A DNA stretch of 63,160 bases, counting the filler, from an uncultured Synergistales bacterium (GTDB lineage: Bacteria > Synergistota > Synergistia > Synergistales > Aminobacteriaceae): NCBI GenBank assembly GCA_937897575.1. It is 4 parts of 4 records of this genome, joined end to end, with 100 filler letters (N's around TTAATTAATTAA, not from the genome) between each part and the next. Parts side by side here need not be neighbours in the genome. Positions count along the whole stretch, not along the records: positions 35,638 to 61,374 come from CALCQG010000148.1; 3 more parts are not named here. One strand, written 5' to 3'. Shown piece by piece: positions 37,030 through 47,004 of the stretch. Below the pieces are notes generated by a model. The model was not told the DNA's origin and did no database searches. It saw only the letters and a list, made by a program, of their open reading frames with translations. A program made the position numbers and the translations under genes. Numbering within the stretch: position 1 is the stretch's first letter; the number at the start of each line of letters is the position of its first letter.

Positions 37030-38022
37030 TTACAGGTTCGTAAATGCGAACTCCGTCCCTATGCTCTTGTCCTTCGCCCTCTTGTACACGACGGCCGCCG
37101 TCGTGATGTCCATCGCTCCCGTACCTATGGGGATGCATACGATTCTCTGCTGCGGGTTTTCGAAGCCCTTTTTCTTTCCCGCGACCACTTCGCCGATCGT
37201 GGCGTAGATGTCCTTCTCGCCGAGCAGCCCTCTCGAGACGACATCGGAGAGCGCTCCTCTGTGGAGCGTCTGACCGATGTGGTCCACGATGATCTTGTCC
37301 ACGCCCATCAGGAGCTCATCGGACGCCTCCGTGTTGGAGCCCATGGGGAACACGGCCGCCCCCGGCTTGATCCACTCGTTCTTGATGTACTTGTCCTTCC
37401 CGTGGGAGACGCTGACCACGACGTCGCAGTCCACCGCCGCCTCCTTCTGGGTCGCGCATATCCGAATCTTTCCGGGGAGCAGGGCGTCCATGTCCGCCTT
37501 GAATTTCTCCGCCGCCTCGCGGTTGATGTCGAACACCCGAAGCTCCTTGATGTCGCAGACCTCGGCGAATGCGGCCGCCTGCGTTCTTCCCTGGACACCG
37601 GCGCCATACAGCCCCATGACGATCTCCTTCTTGCCGGAGAAGTTCTTGTACGCCACGGCGGCCTGAGCCCCCGTGCGCATGTCGGTGATGAGTTTCCCCT
37701 CCATGGCCGCCAGGAAACGCCCCGTCTCGGCCTCGGCGAGGAGGATCATGGCGCTCAGGAACGGCAGCCCCTTGGAGGGGTTGTCGTACCAGCCGCCGAT
37801 CCACTTGATCCCGGCGATGTTCTGCCAGCCGATGTACGCCGGCATGGCGTTCATGCTGGCGTTGAAGCCCGGCCATTTTCCGTCGATGCCAAGATCCAGG
37901 TTCACCTTGGTGGGGTTGACGACCTTCTCCGTCCCCATACCCTGGAACGTCTTCTCGCACGCCTCCACCACGTCCTTCATGGTGATGAGGGACCGTACCT
38001 GATCCTCGTTCAGCAACAGCAT
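37030..38022 (-). CDS. OCD/mu-crystallin family imine reductase/dehydrogenase (paralogue 1 of the island)
   Basis: NAMPAY, GIKW, ITDMRTGA, YGAGVQG and PIGTGAMD motifs. Confidence 0.88.
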   Translation of the reverse strand: MLLLNEDQVRSLITMKDVVEACEKTFQGMGTEKVVNPTKVNLDLGIDGKWPGFNASMNAMPAYIGWQNIAGIKWIGGWYDNPSKGLPFLSAMILLAEAETGRFLAAMEGKLITDMRTGAQAAVAYKNFSGKKEIVMGLYGAGVQGRTQAAAFAEVCDIKELRVFDINREAAEKFKADMDALLPGKIRICATQKEAAVDCDVVVSVSHGKDKYIKNEWIKPGAAVFPMGSNTEASDELLMGVDKIIVDHIGQTLHRGALSDVVSRGLLGEKDIYATIGEVVAGKKKGFENPQQRIVCIPIGTGAMDITTAAVVYKRAKDKSIGTEFAFTNL

Positions 38023-38037
38023 AGCGCTCTCCCCCTT

Positions 38038-39126
38038 TTACCGGATGAATTCGATGAGCTCGTTCCTGCTCATGCCCTGTATCCCCAACTGCTCCGCATT
38101 CCACCCCACATCGGAGTACTTCGCGTCGTTGACCGTCTCGGACAGCAGGATGATGCTGTCCGTCACGGGCGTTGGAACGTTCGTGATCCTGCCCAGCATG
38201 GAGACGGGGACGAGGAGATAGGGGATGTCCTCGCTGAGATAGCGGTGGGTCATCGTCTTCGGGGCATCGGGCCCATGGGCGCCGTAGGCCGGGTTTTCCG
38301 CAAGGGCCTCGTGCAGGGTCTCCCCCTGAAGGTTGTACATGGTCTTCAGACCGTCGAGAGCGCTGATCAGAGGAATGCCCAGGGATTCGGCCACTGCCAT
38401 TCGCTCCCTGTCGATGGCCTCCTGCACTTTGCACACCGATGGGCTCATCCCGTCGGTGTAAAAACGGAAGTTGCCCTTCTCCGACTCGATCCTCCCGGCG
38501 TTCATGATCATGGTGGCGCAGTGCACCACCATGTTCGTGTTCGCGAGGCCGGCGGCCATCGAGTTGGGAAGCTCCCGGATCTCCACGGGGAAGACGTCCC
38601 TGAGGATCTTCTCCACGACGGGGTAATCCTTTCCGGGCAGCGTGCCTATGCGGACATACTGTTTGATGCCCCACACATTGATCTTTCCGTTCTCTATCAG
38701 GCGGCAGGCGTAGGGAAGGGTGTCCGTCTCGGCGATGTATATGTCCGGACCGTTGGATTCGCGGAGGATTTTTCTGAGCGCGAAGGAGCCGAAGTTGCCC
38801 GGGATGATCACGAGGGTCTGGCCGGCCTCGAAATAGGGCACCGCCAGTTTGAAGATGGGGGTCTGGGCGAAGGTGGGCGCCACGAAGAAGATGATCTCCG
38901 CCCCCTTCATCGCAACGGCGATATCGGTGGTGGCCTGTGCCAGCTGCCCCTCCTTCTCGAGCGTGTTGGTCAGAAGGATTTTGTTCCCCTTGAGGTTGAT
39001 GTCCCGGATCTTGTCGGCAAAATCCGGATGCTCGTACAGCGTCACCTCGTGGCCCCTCGAGGCGAGGTCCCCCGCCAGGGTCTGCGCGCCGTTTCCCGCA
39101 CCAAGGACCGTCACTTTTCGTTTCAT
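38038..39126 (-). CDS. NAD/NADP octopine/nopaline (opine) dehydrogenase family protein 1
   Basis: VLGAGNGA, PGNFG, ETDTLPYACR, NTNMVVH, FYTDGMSP, DRER and HRYLSEDIPY motifs. Confidence 0.9.
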   Translation of the reverse strand: MKRKVTVLGAGNGAQTLAGDLASRGHEVTLYEHPDFADKIRDINLKGNKILLTNTLEKEGQLAQATTDIAVAMKGAEIIFFVAPTFAQTPIFKLAVPYFEAGQTLVIIPGNFGSFALRKILRESNGPDIYIAETDTLPYACRLIENGKINVWGIKQYVRIGTLPGKDYPVVEKILRDVFPVEIRELPNSMAAGLANTNMVVHCATMIMNAGRIESEKGNFRFYTDGMSPSVCKVQEAIDRERMAVAESLGIPLISALDGLKTMYNLQGETLHEALAENPAYGAHGPDAPKTMTHRYLSEDIPYLLVPVSMLGRITNVPTPVTDSIILLSETVNDAKYSDVGWNAEQLGIQGMSRNELIEFIR

Positions 39127-39263
39127 GCACACACTCCTCCTTCATTTCGGTCTCTTTTCATATGGAATTCCACTGTTTCATCCGCAAAAGGCCGGAGAAT
39201 CTCCGGTGAACGCGGCTGGTTGCGTGCAATTCTTCCCCCGCCGCCGCGCCCGGATGCGGCCGG

Positions 39264-39995
39264 TCAGTCCGGGCATCCGCTCCCTCCTCGAGGAGAGGGC
39301 TCCCGGATATCCAGCGGGACATCGAACATGCCGGACCAGACGGAGCTGATATGGGCCATCATGGCCTCTCTCGCCCGCTCTCCGTCCCGGGACCGGACGC
39401 TTTGGACGATCTCGGAGTGGTCACAGATGAAGTTGCTCAGCATTTTATCGTAGAATGCCTTGTACCGCTCCCGCTGGACTGATATCTCGCTTTGGATGGA
39501 CTCCACCATGCGCCCCAGGATCTCCTGACGGGCTATCTTTGCCAGCAGCCCGTGGAAGCGGATATGGACATCGTACATGTCGTCCTGGGCCCGAGGGCGA
39601 TGATGAAGAAAGGCCTCGAGCTCCTCGAACTCGTCCTCCCTCCCTCGTTTCGCCGCATAGTAGGCGATCTGCCCCTCGATGAGACACCGTGTCTCGATGA
39701 TCTCCTTGAGGTTGATCCCGTCAAAGATGTAGGCCTTTGTCCGCTCGGGATGCAGGGGGTCCGCCGTGCTCCTCAGGAGATAGGTCCCGCTTCCGGGGCG
39801 AGCCACCACGATCCCTCTGTCAGAGAGGACCTTCACGGCCTCACGGATGCAGCTTCGGCTCACGTTGAACTGCTGCGCAAGCTCTTTCTCCCCGGGAATC
39901 CGATCCCCTACGGCCCACATGCCCTTTTCGATGGCGTCCGACAGCTGGTTCAGCACATCCTCGTACAACGTCAACCGACTCGCTGCCTTGATCAT
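39264..39995 (-). CDS. GntR/FadR family regulator 1
   Basis: IPGEKELAQQFNVSRSCIREAVKVL...PGSGTY; FCD domain. Confidence 0.92.
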   Translation of the reverse strand: MIKAASRLTLYEDVLNQLSDAIEKGMWAVGDRIPGEKELAQQFNVSRSCIREAVKVLSDRGIVVARPGSGTYLLRSTADPLHPERTKAYIFDGINLKEIIETRCLIEGQIAYYAAKRGREDEFEELEAFLHHRPRAQDDMYDVHIRFHGLLAKIARQEILGRMVESIQSEISVQRERYKAFYDKMLSNFICDHSEIVQSVRSRDGERAREAMMAHISSVWSGMFDVPLDIREPSPRGGSGCPD

Positions 39996-40227
39996 GTCCG
40001 CCCTCTTCCTCCAAACGGGGGTGCCGGGCGCTCTGGTGCCCAGTGGGCGGAGAGCGCTCCTCTCACCCTGTCAGCATGAGTTCTTGTCGCTCGTCCCTGC
40101 GGAACCGCCGTCGGCTCGCCCGCGACGTGGCGACCGGACCTCAACGGCACGGCACGCCGCCGATCCTCCTCCGGAAGCCCGGAAAACAGGCCCTGGCCGA
40201 TCAAGCGGTGCCTCGACGACCGGCTCG

Positions 40228-41313
40228 TCAGCTCTCGAGCAGGTCCCGGATTTCCGAGACGCTCTTCCCCTCCAGCCCCATCTTCTTGAGGGTCACCCCC
40301 GTCTCGAGGGAGTTCTCCCCCAGAAGGGGGCCGCACAGCTCGAGGACGGCCCGCAGCACCGGTGTCCGCACCCCCGCCAGCCTGGCCAGTTCGACCAGGG
40401 GTAGCAGCGAAAAGGGGGTGTCCTCCGTCAGAAAGCGATGGCCACGGGTCTTCGGAGCATCGGGTTTATCGCCTCCGAAGGCGGGGTTGGCCCGGATGAC
40501 GGCGAACAGATCGTCGCCCTGAACGCCGTACTGGGCGCGGATCGTCTCCGTCGTGCTCCTCAGGTTTAGGCCGAAGGCCTTGCCCACGGCGATGCGTTCG
40601 TTGTCCACGGCCTCCATGACCCTGCAGACCGCCGGGGACATGCCGTCGAAATAAAACCGGAAGTTACCCCTGGAGCTCTCTATCCACCCCGCGTTCATCA
40701 GCATGGGGGCGCAATGGACCACCATGTTGGTGTTGGCCATGCTGGTCTGGAGGACGTTCGCCCCCTGGACATAGGACGTGCAGAAGGCGTCCTTCATCCT
40801 GTCGTCCACCCGGCGGTAGTCCTTCGCCGGAAAGACCGCCAGGGTGACGGGGTTCTTGACCCCCCGCACCGCCACTCTGCCGGGCTCCAGGGCGGTGCAG
40901 GCGTAGGGGAGGTTGTCCGTCTCACCGACGACCACGTCCTTCCCCATATCCCTGAAGGCCTTGCGCAGGGCGAAGGTGCCGTAGTTGCCCGGGGAGAGGA
41001 CGAGGATCTGCCCGTCCTCGAAGAGGGGGAGGGCCAGATCGAAAAAGGGCCCCTGCGCGAAGGACGGAGCGGTGAAGTAGACGATCTCCGCCCCGTTCAG
41101 CGCCTCCTTGGCGTCCGTGGTGACGCGGGCCAGCTGACCGACCCCCGTGATCTTGTTCTCGAGCTGGATTCTGTTTCCCTTGGCGCGGATGGCCTCGACT
41201 GTCGCCTCGAACCGGGGGTGCTCCAGCAGTGTGACCTCGTGGCCGCGGAGGGCCAGATCGCCGGCAAGGGCCTGCCCTCCGTTTCCGGCGCTCATAACGG
41301 TTATCCTCTTCAT
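40228..41313 (-). CDS. Opine dehydrogenase family protein 2
   Basis: SAGNGG, PGNYG, ETDNLPYAC, NTNMVVH, DNER and HRFLTEDTPF motifs. Confidence 0.9.
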   Translation of the reverse strand: MKRITVMSAGNGGQALAGDLALRGHEVTLLEHPRFEATVEAIRAKGNRIQLENKITGVGQLARVTTDAKEALNGAEIVYFTAPSFAQGPFFDLALPLFEDGQILVLSPGNYGTFALRKAFRDMGKDVVVGETDNLPYACTALEPGRVAVRGVKNPVTLAVFPAKDYRRVDDRMKDAFCTSYVQGANVLQTSMANTNMVVHCAPMLMNAGWIESSRGNFRFYFDGMSPAVCRVMEAVDNERIAVGKAFGLNLRSTTETIRAQYGVQGDDLFAVIRANPAFGGDKPDAPKTRGHRFLTEDTPFSLLPLVELARLAGVRTPVLRAVLELCGPLLGENSLETGVTLKKMGLEGKSVSEIRDLLES

Positions 41314-41477
41314 GGCGCATGTCCCCTTTCCGGACGAATGGGAACGAGGGGCTGCGGCGCCCGCTCACTCCCGAAGGGTGTTTTCGCTACGTTTTCAACT
41401 TGCTCCGGCAGGAGTGCTGAGCGTCCGCCCGCTCCGTTGCCCTTGAATCACAGGACGAGGACGCCGTCCCGGGACGA

Positions 41478-42761
41478 TCAGGAGCGCCCCTTCGCCTTCT
41501 CCCGCTCGATGATGATCCGCGCCAGCGTCGTCGCCGCGCCCACCATGCCCTCCTGGGCGAGGCGGCCGATGGCCGCCATGGACTCGTCCACGTCGTCGCA
41601 GACGATGCCGTCGCCGTTCGGGACGACGTAGCCGTCCAGAGCGAGCATGGCCGACTCGATGGCCATCCCCGCCGCGGCGGACAGCTTGAGGGCGCAGCCG
41701 TACTTCGCCCCGTCGCACACGATCCCCGTCAGGCTGCCGACCATGTTCTGAATCGCCCGGCCGGCGCAGGCCACATCGCCGCCGAGCAGCATGGACGCCC
41801 CGGCGGCGACGCCGATCCCCGCCGCTATGGCGCAGGCGCAGATCGCGGAGAGACGGCCGATACGGCTCTTCATGAGGATGGTCAGCAGGTAGCTCAGGGC
41901 GATGGCCCGAAGCACCTCTTCCTCGCTCTTCTTCAGCTCGTCGCCCATCACGACGAGGGGAAGCATGGCCGTGATGCCCACGTTGCCGCTCGTGGCGCAG
42001 CTCATGGCCGCGAGCCCGAGGCCGCCCATGCGGGCATCGGAGGCTGCCGCGGTGTAGGACTTCACCTTCAGCACCAGGTTATCCTTCGCCATCTCCCTGT
42101 ACGCGCAGCCGAACCCCGCCCCGACGCCCTTTTCGAGCCCCGCCTCCGCCAACGCGCGGTTCATGGCGATGCCGTCCCTGAGGAAGGCGATGTCCTCAAG
42201 GGGGACCGTTTCGGCGAAGGTGTACAGATCGGCGAGTTTATAGGAGAGGATGGTGTCCTTCGAGTAGTCGAAGGTGGTGCCCTTCAGGCTGTCGCGGTTG
42301 TCCACCAGGACTTCGCCGTTGCGCTCCAGATACACCACGTTCGTGTGGGTCTTCGCGACGATGGCCCGCCCGACGCCCTTGTCCGTCTCGACCTCCGCCT
42401 CCAGGCGAAGTCCGACGCCCTCGTACTCCCAGAGGATGTCCACGTCCACGTTCTTCAGGAACTCGACGGACTTCTTCTCCTCCTCGGGGGTCACCGTGTT
42501 CAGCACCTCGAGGCCCGCCTTCGAGTTGCCAGCGACGGCGCCGAGGGCAACGGAGATATCGATCCCCATGCGGTCCGTCCCCGGAATGCCGACGCTCAGG
42601 CTGTTCTTGAAGGAATCCTTGTCCATCCGCATCTTCGCGCGCTTCGCCGTTCCACCGACGGCGTCCCGGGCGACAGCCGCCGCATACGCGATCGATACGG
42701 GGCCCGTACAGCCCAGGGCGGGGTTGACCTCTTTTCTCAGAATCTCAAGCAAACCGGACAT
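41478..42761 (-). CDS. L-cysteine desulfidase-like protein (CyuA/YhaM, serine dehydratase alpha family) 1
   Basis: PALGCTGP, SDARMGG, SGNVGI, RLSAICAC and CDGAKYGCALK motifs. Confidence 0.85.
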   Translation of the reverse strand: MSGLLEILRKEVNPALGCTGPVSIAYAAAVARDAVGGTAKRAKMRMDKDSFKNSLSVGIPGTDRMGIDISVALGAVAGNSKAGLEVLNTVTPEEEKKSVEFLKNVDVDILWEYEGVGLRLEAEVETDKGVGRAIVAKTHTNVVYLERNGEVLVDNRDSLKGTTFDYSKDTILSYKLADLYTFAETVPLEDIAFLRDGIAMNRALAEAGLEKGVGAGFGCAYREMAKDNLVLKVKSYTAAASDARMGGLGLAAMSCATSGNVGITAMLPLVVMGDELKKSEEEVLRAIALSYLLTILMKSRIGRLSAICACAIAAGIGVAAGASMLLGGDVACAGRAIQNMVGSLTGIVCDGAKYGCALKLSAAAGMAIESAMLALDGYVVPNGDGIVCDDVDESMAAIGRLAQEGMVGAATTLARIIIEREKAKGRS

Positions 42762-42802
42762 CTCGAATCGTCTCCTTCACAGAGTATGATATGTTATACC
42801 CA

Positions 42803-44395
42803 CTATTTTCCATCTCGCGCCATGGCGAAGATCCTCTGGTTCCACTCCTCCTTGAGTCGTATCGCAGTGGGCGTCGAGCCGAGCCCGCCTATCATGGTGC
42901 CCCGAAGCTCCGAGGGCAGCAGCTTCTGGGTGTTCGCCAGCGCCCCTATGACCTCATCGGGGGGGATGGCGCTTTCGACGCCCGCCAGCGCCATATCCGC
43001 CGCGGCAAAGGCGTTGCCCACCCCGATGCCGTTCCGCTTGATACAGGGGATCTCCACGGGGCCCGCCACGGGGTCGCAGATGAGCCCCAGAATGTTCTTC
43101 ATAGCAAGGGCCATCCCGTGCGCAACCTGTCGGGGCGTCCCCCCCGCAAGCTGTACCAGCGCGGCGGCCGTCATGGCGGAGGCGACGCCGATCTCGGCCT
43201 GGCATCCGCCGATGGACCCCGAGAGCGACGCCCGCATGGCCACCAGGACACCCGAGATCGCCGCGGACAGCAGCGCGTCCACCACTGCGTCGTCCGATGC
43301 GTTCCGCTCCTCGGCGACGGTCGTCAGCGCACCGGGGAGCACCCCGCAGGAGCCGGCCGTGGGGGCCGCGACAACGCATCGGGCGCAGGCATTGGTCTCC
43401 ATGGTGGCGATCGCCCGGGCGACGGCGGTACCGAGGGTCTTTCCGCCGACGGTCTTCCCCTCGTTCACGGCTCGCATCAGCCGTGCCCCGGAGTCCCTGG
43501 GGATAAAGCCGGCGACCATATCGTTGTCCCCTGAGATGCCGAGCTGAATCGACTCCTTCATCACGGCCCATATCCGCTCCATCCGGCGCCGGATCTCTTC
43601 GTCGGACAGTCCGCTCTGGCACCGTTCGTACTCCATGGCCGCCTGGGGGAGGGAGAGCTTTTTGTCCTCCATGACCCGGAACATCTCGTCGAAGGAGGTG
43701 AAGAGTGCGCGGGCGTCGTCCGTCTTCCGGTCAAGGATCGCCTGGAGCGGGAAGATCCTCCGGACGCCCCCCATGGTTCGCAGCGCCTCCATATCGCCGT
43801 CCGACGGGGCTTGCCCCATGAGGCACGTCCAGAGCGTGCGGCCGTCCGATTCGGATCTCCTCACGGCGGTCAACCGCCCGCGGAACAGGGACTCCATCGT
43901 CGCGGCGTCGAAGGCACCGTCCGTCTCGAGCAAGAACCCCTCCTCGCACCCGGAGAGCGCGATCGCGAAGCCGTCCACCTCGGTCATCATGATCTCGCCG
44001 CCGCCGACGGTTATTCCGACGACGCGAAGCTCCTTCCCCTGTCTCGAAAGGCGCATGTCCACGGTGTTCGGATTTCTTTCAGAATCGTACGCCACATGGT
44101 AGGTGACGGGGACGTTCCTCCTCGCGGCCTCCTGCAGGGCCGTCCGGACGATCGGCGAGTCCTCCTCGTACCCGAGCAGTCCGGCTACGATCGCCGAATC
44201 GCTGAGGTGCCCCTTGTACGTCCTTCCGAGGGCGTTGCCGTAGAAATGGAGCACTATGGCCTCCGGCTCTCCGCCGAGCAGCAGGCGCCCGATGCGCCCG
44301 ATCCGGAGGACGCCCGCCGTGTGGGAGCTGGACGGACCGGTCATGATGGGGCCGAGAATATCGAACAGGCTGACGAGACGTTCCTGTGCACACAT
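42803..44395 (-). CDS. Fe-S L-serine dehydratase, fused beta+alpha
   Basis: GPIMTGPSSSHTAG, APTAGSCG, GGCQAEIG and GLICDPVAGPVEIPCIKRN motifs. Confidence 0.9.
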   Translation of the reverse strand: MCAQERLVSLFDILGPIMTGPSSSHTAGVLRIGRIGRLLLGGEPEAIVLHFYGNALGRTYKGHLSDSAIVAGLLGYEEDSPIVRTALQEAARRNVPVTYHVAYDSERNPNTVDMRLSRQGKELRVVGITVGGGEIMMTEVDGFAIALSGCEEGFLLETDGAFDAATMESLFRGRLTAVRRSESDGRTLWTCLMGQAPSDGDMEALRTMGGVRRIFPLQAILDRKTDDARALFTSFDEMFRVMEDKKLSLPQAAMEYERCQSGLSDEEIRRRMERIWAVMKESIQLGISGDNDMVAGFIPRDSGARLMRAVNEGKTVGGKTLGTAVARAIATMETNACARCVVAAPTAGSCGVLPGALTTVAEERNASDDAVVDALLSAAISGVLVAMRASLSGSIGGCQAEIGVASAMTAAALVQLAGGTPRQVAHGMALAMKNILGLICDPVAGPVEIPCIKRNGIGVGNAFAAADMALAGVESAIPPDEVIGALANTQKLLPSELRGTMIGGLGSTPTAIRLKEEWNQRIFAMARDGK

Positions 44396-44614
44396 GATGT
44401 CGGTTCACCCCTTCTTTTACACTGTCTTCGGACTGTATGTCCTGTCCTTTCCTTTTGCGCGTCGCCTCGGAGCGCCTTGTCGAAGGCTACGGCGGGTTCG
44501 GTGCGCCCACATCGGCGACGGGAATCGCCACGTACAACCGAGACTACAGCGGACGTGTCACCCTTCTGCCCGGCGCCCCTCGGGAGGCGTCAAATGGGAG
44601 TGGCAAGATATCTG

Positions 44615-44656
44615 AATGTCAGACATTATGATATGTCCAGCACCACGGAATGTCAA
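44615..44656 (-). promoter_or_regulatory. Promoter and FadR-type operator of the sda-cyuA-odh operon
   Basis: TTGACA(44656-44651)-17-TATCAT(44633-44628), immediately followed by the palindrome AATGTC-A-GACATT (44615-44627). Confidence 0.78.
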
Positions 44657-44860
44657 CGGGGAAAGCCCTCGCAGGACCGCCGTCGAAGCCCGTCGCCGGA
44701 GGGCGACACGGCGTCCCGCCGAGGGGCCCGCACCCCCCTGCTTCGTGAGCAGTTGCGCCGCTCCCCCTTTGGCCGTATGATTTCATTACGCCCTTCACCT
44801 GTTCGATCACCCTGCGGACGACGCGCCTGTCGGACACCGCCGGACAACGGAGGAAAAAGA

Positions 44861-45550
44861 GTGCTCAAACACGCCAACAGGTCGACGCTCTACGACGATA
44901 TCATGTTCCAGATGGTCAATGCCATCAGGGACGGCCACTGGGCCTCCGGCAGCAGGCTGCCGGGCGAGCAGCTTCTGGCCGGCACCTTCGGGGTGAGCCG
45001 GGCGTGCATCAGGGAGGTGCTGAAGGCGCTGACCTACACGGGCGTCCTCGAAGCCCACCCGGGCCACGGGACCTTCGTCTCGAAGAACGCGTCCAAGATA
45101 CTGAACGGGACGCAGCTGATGGAGGGGATGCTGTCCGACTCCTTCTCCTACTCCGAGCTGATGGAGATCCGCCGGCTCCTGGAGGGGCAGGCCGCCTACT
45201 GGGCCGCCGAACGGTCCGATGCCGAGGATATCGAAAGGCTCGAGCACATCCTCCGGGGGGAGGAGCGCGGAGAACCCCTGTACGATATCCACGACGCGTT
45301 CCACAACGCCATCATCGACATGGCCGGCAACCGGATGCTCGTGAAGCTTCTCTCCTTTCTCCGCGTCGACATCTGGACCCAGCGGAAATTTCACTCCGGG
45401 ATCCTCCCCGACGGGGACCGCAGGGAGCACTGGAATGTCCTGAACGCCATCAAGACAGGGTCCCCCGCGAAGGCCAGAAAAGCCATGTTGCAGCACGTGG
45501 ACTTCTTCTGGAAGAAACAGAGACACGACCAGGAGGATCAGGAGTCCTGA
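44861..45550 (+). CDS. GntR/FadR family regulator 2
   Basis: GTG after GGAGG; LPGEQLLAGTFGVSRACIREVLKAL; FCD domain. Confidence 0.92.
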   Translation: MLKHANRSTLYDDIMFQMVNAIRDGHWASGSRLPGEQLLAGTFGVSRACIREVLKALTYTGVLEAHPGHGTFVSKNASKILNGTQLMEGMLSDSFSYSELMEIRRLLEGQAAYWAAERSDAEDIERLEHILRGEERGEPLYDIHDAFHNAIIDMAGNRMLVKLLSFLRVDIWTQRKFHSGILPDGDRREHWNVLNAIKTGSPAKARKAMLQHVDFFWKKQRHDQEDQES

Positions 45551-45724
45551 GGATCTCCTTCTGAAGAGCAACCCGTTGCCCTCCCCGAGCGCGCCGTCGC
45601 TCGTTCTCGTGAAACGTCCTCACAGCGCTCCTCCAACCCTCTTTCGGACGAGAGAGAACAAACTTCAGCACCGTGGCCTTACCCTTTGAGACAGAGGGGC
45701 TCTTCGCTTCGCTCCATCCCCAAT

Positions 45725-45757
45725 AAAAAAGATGCCGGGAGGATTTCCCCCGGCACC
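45725..45757 (-). terminator. Intrinsic terminator after dctP
   Basis: TGCCGGG...CCCGGCA stem followed by a U-tract on the minus strand. Confidence 0.7.
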
Positions 45758-45768
45758 GTTCGCTTCGC

Positions 45769-46776
45769 TTACTTGCTAGCTTCGGCAGCGACTTCCTTGA
45801 GGATGTCCGCGCCCACGTCCTTCTCGAGAGGCGGCCACACCGTCTTCTGAGACTTTTCCTTCATCTTCGTCAGTTCCTCGTCGGTGAAGGTGATGATCTT
45901 CGTCCCGCCGTCGCTCAGGAGCTTCTCGTAGCGCTCCGTGTCGGTCGGGGCAAGCTCCCAGCGCTTCGTCTGGAAGTTCAGCGCCGCATCGGCAAAGATC
46001 TTCTTGTCCCCGTCCGAAAGCCCGTCGTAGGTCTGCTTGTTCATGTACAGATACCAGAACTCCAGGTGGTCGTTCACTCGCAGGTAGTACTTGGCGATGT
46101 CTCTGAAGTTCGAGTAGTACCCCTCGGCGCCGGCCCCGATCGCCCCGTTCACGACGCCCGTCTGCATCGCGGTGAACGTGTCGGAGAAGGGGATGGGGGT
46201 CGCGAGATAGCCAAGGGCCTCGGCGGTGAGCTCATAGGATTTGAGCGGCGGAACCCGTATCTTTATGTTCTTCGCGACATCGGGGTTACCGGGCTCGGGC
46301 ACTTCCACGTTCGTGATGATCCCGCCGAAGTACACGGGGTAGCCGGCGATCACCTGCAGATCCTGCTCCTGAAGAATCTTGGTCATGTGCTTCGTCAGGG
46401 TGCTGTCCGGGCCGTAGACCTTGCGCGCCTCGTCCCAGTTGGAGACGAGATAGGGCATGGTGAACAGGTTCACTCTGCGGTCCACAGCCGTCCCGAGCGG
46501 GCCGACATGCATGTCCACGTCGCCGATGGAGACGCGCTCCTGAACGACGGTGTAGTCACCGAGCTGAGCGGCGGGGTACAGCTCGAACTTGATCCTGCCG
46601 TTCGACTTTTCGGTGATCTCGTTGCAGAAGTTCGTAAGGTCCGTGTGGATCGACGCGGTCTCCGGACGGATATGTCCGATCTTGAACGTGTAGGACTTCT
46701 CCGCCGCAAAGGCTCCCGTGACCACAAAAACGAGCAGCAGCGCTCCCAACAGTACCTTGCTGATTCTCTTCACCAT
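45769..46776 (-). CDS. dctP: TRAP substrate-binding protein
   Basis: Signal peptide; YPAAQLG, KIRVP and FTAMQTGVVNG motifs. Confidence 0.92.
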   Translation of the reverse strand: MVKRISKVLLGALLLVFVVTGAFAAEKSYTFKIGHIRPETASIHTDLTNFCNEITEKSNGRIKFELYPAAQLGDYTVVQERVSIGDVDMHVGPLGTAVDRRVNLFTMPYLVSNWDEARKVYGPDSTLTKHMTKILQEQDLQVIAGYPVYFGGIITNVEVPEPGNPDVAKNIKIRVPPLKSYELTAEALGYLATPIPFSDTFTAMQTGVVNGAIGAGAEGYYSNFRDIAKYYLRVNDHLEFWYLYMNKQTYDGLSDGDKKIFADAALNFQTKRWELAPTDTERYEKLLSDGGTKIITFTDEELTKMKEKSQKTVWPPLEKDVGADILKEVAAEASK

Positions 46777-47004
46777 TCGTCATCTCCTTATATCGGATTT
46801 TCTTCTCGTACCACAACCGTCTGTGCGCAAAGAGGCGCTCAACGTCCGCTTTTTTGTTTGCCCCCCTTTCCTTCACTTTCGCCCCACATACAGCCCTCAT
46901 CCTTCGTCCCACGTGATGCCCGATTGCACCGTTCATGCCCCGCAGCGTTCCCCGGAGCGAATTCCTACAGGCATCATCATCACAAGAGTATCACTTTTTT
47001 TTCG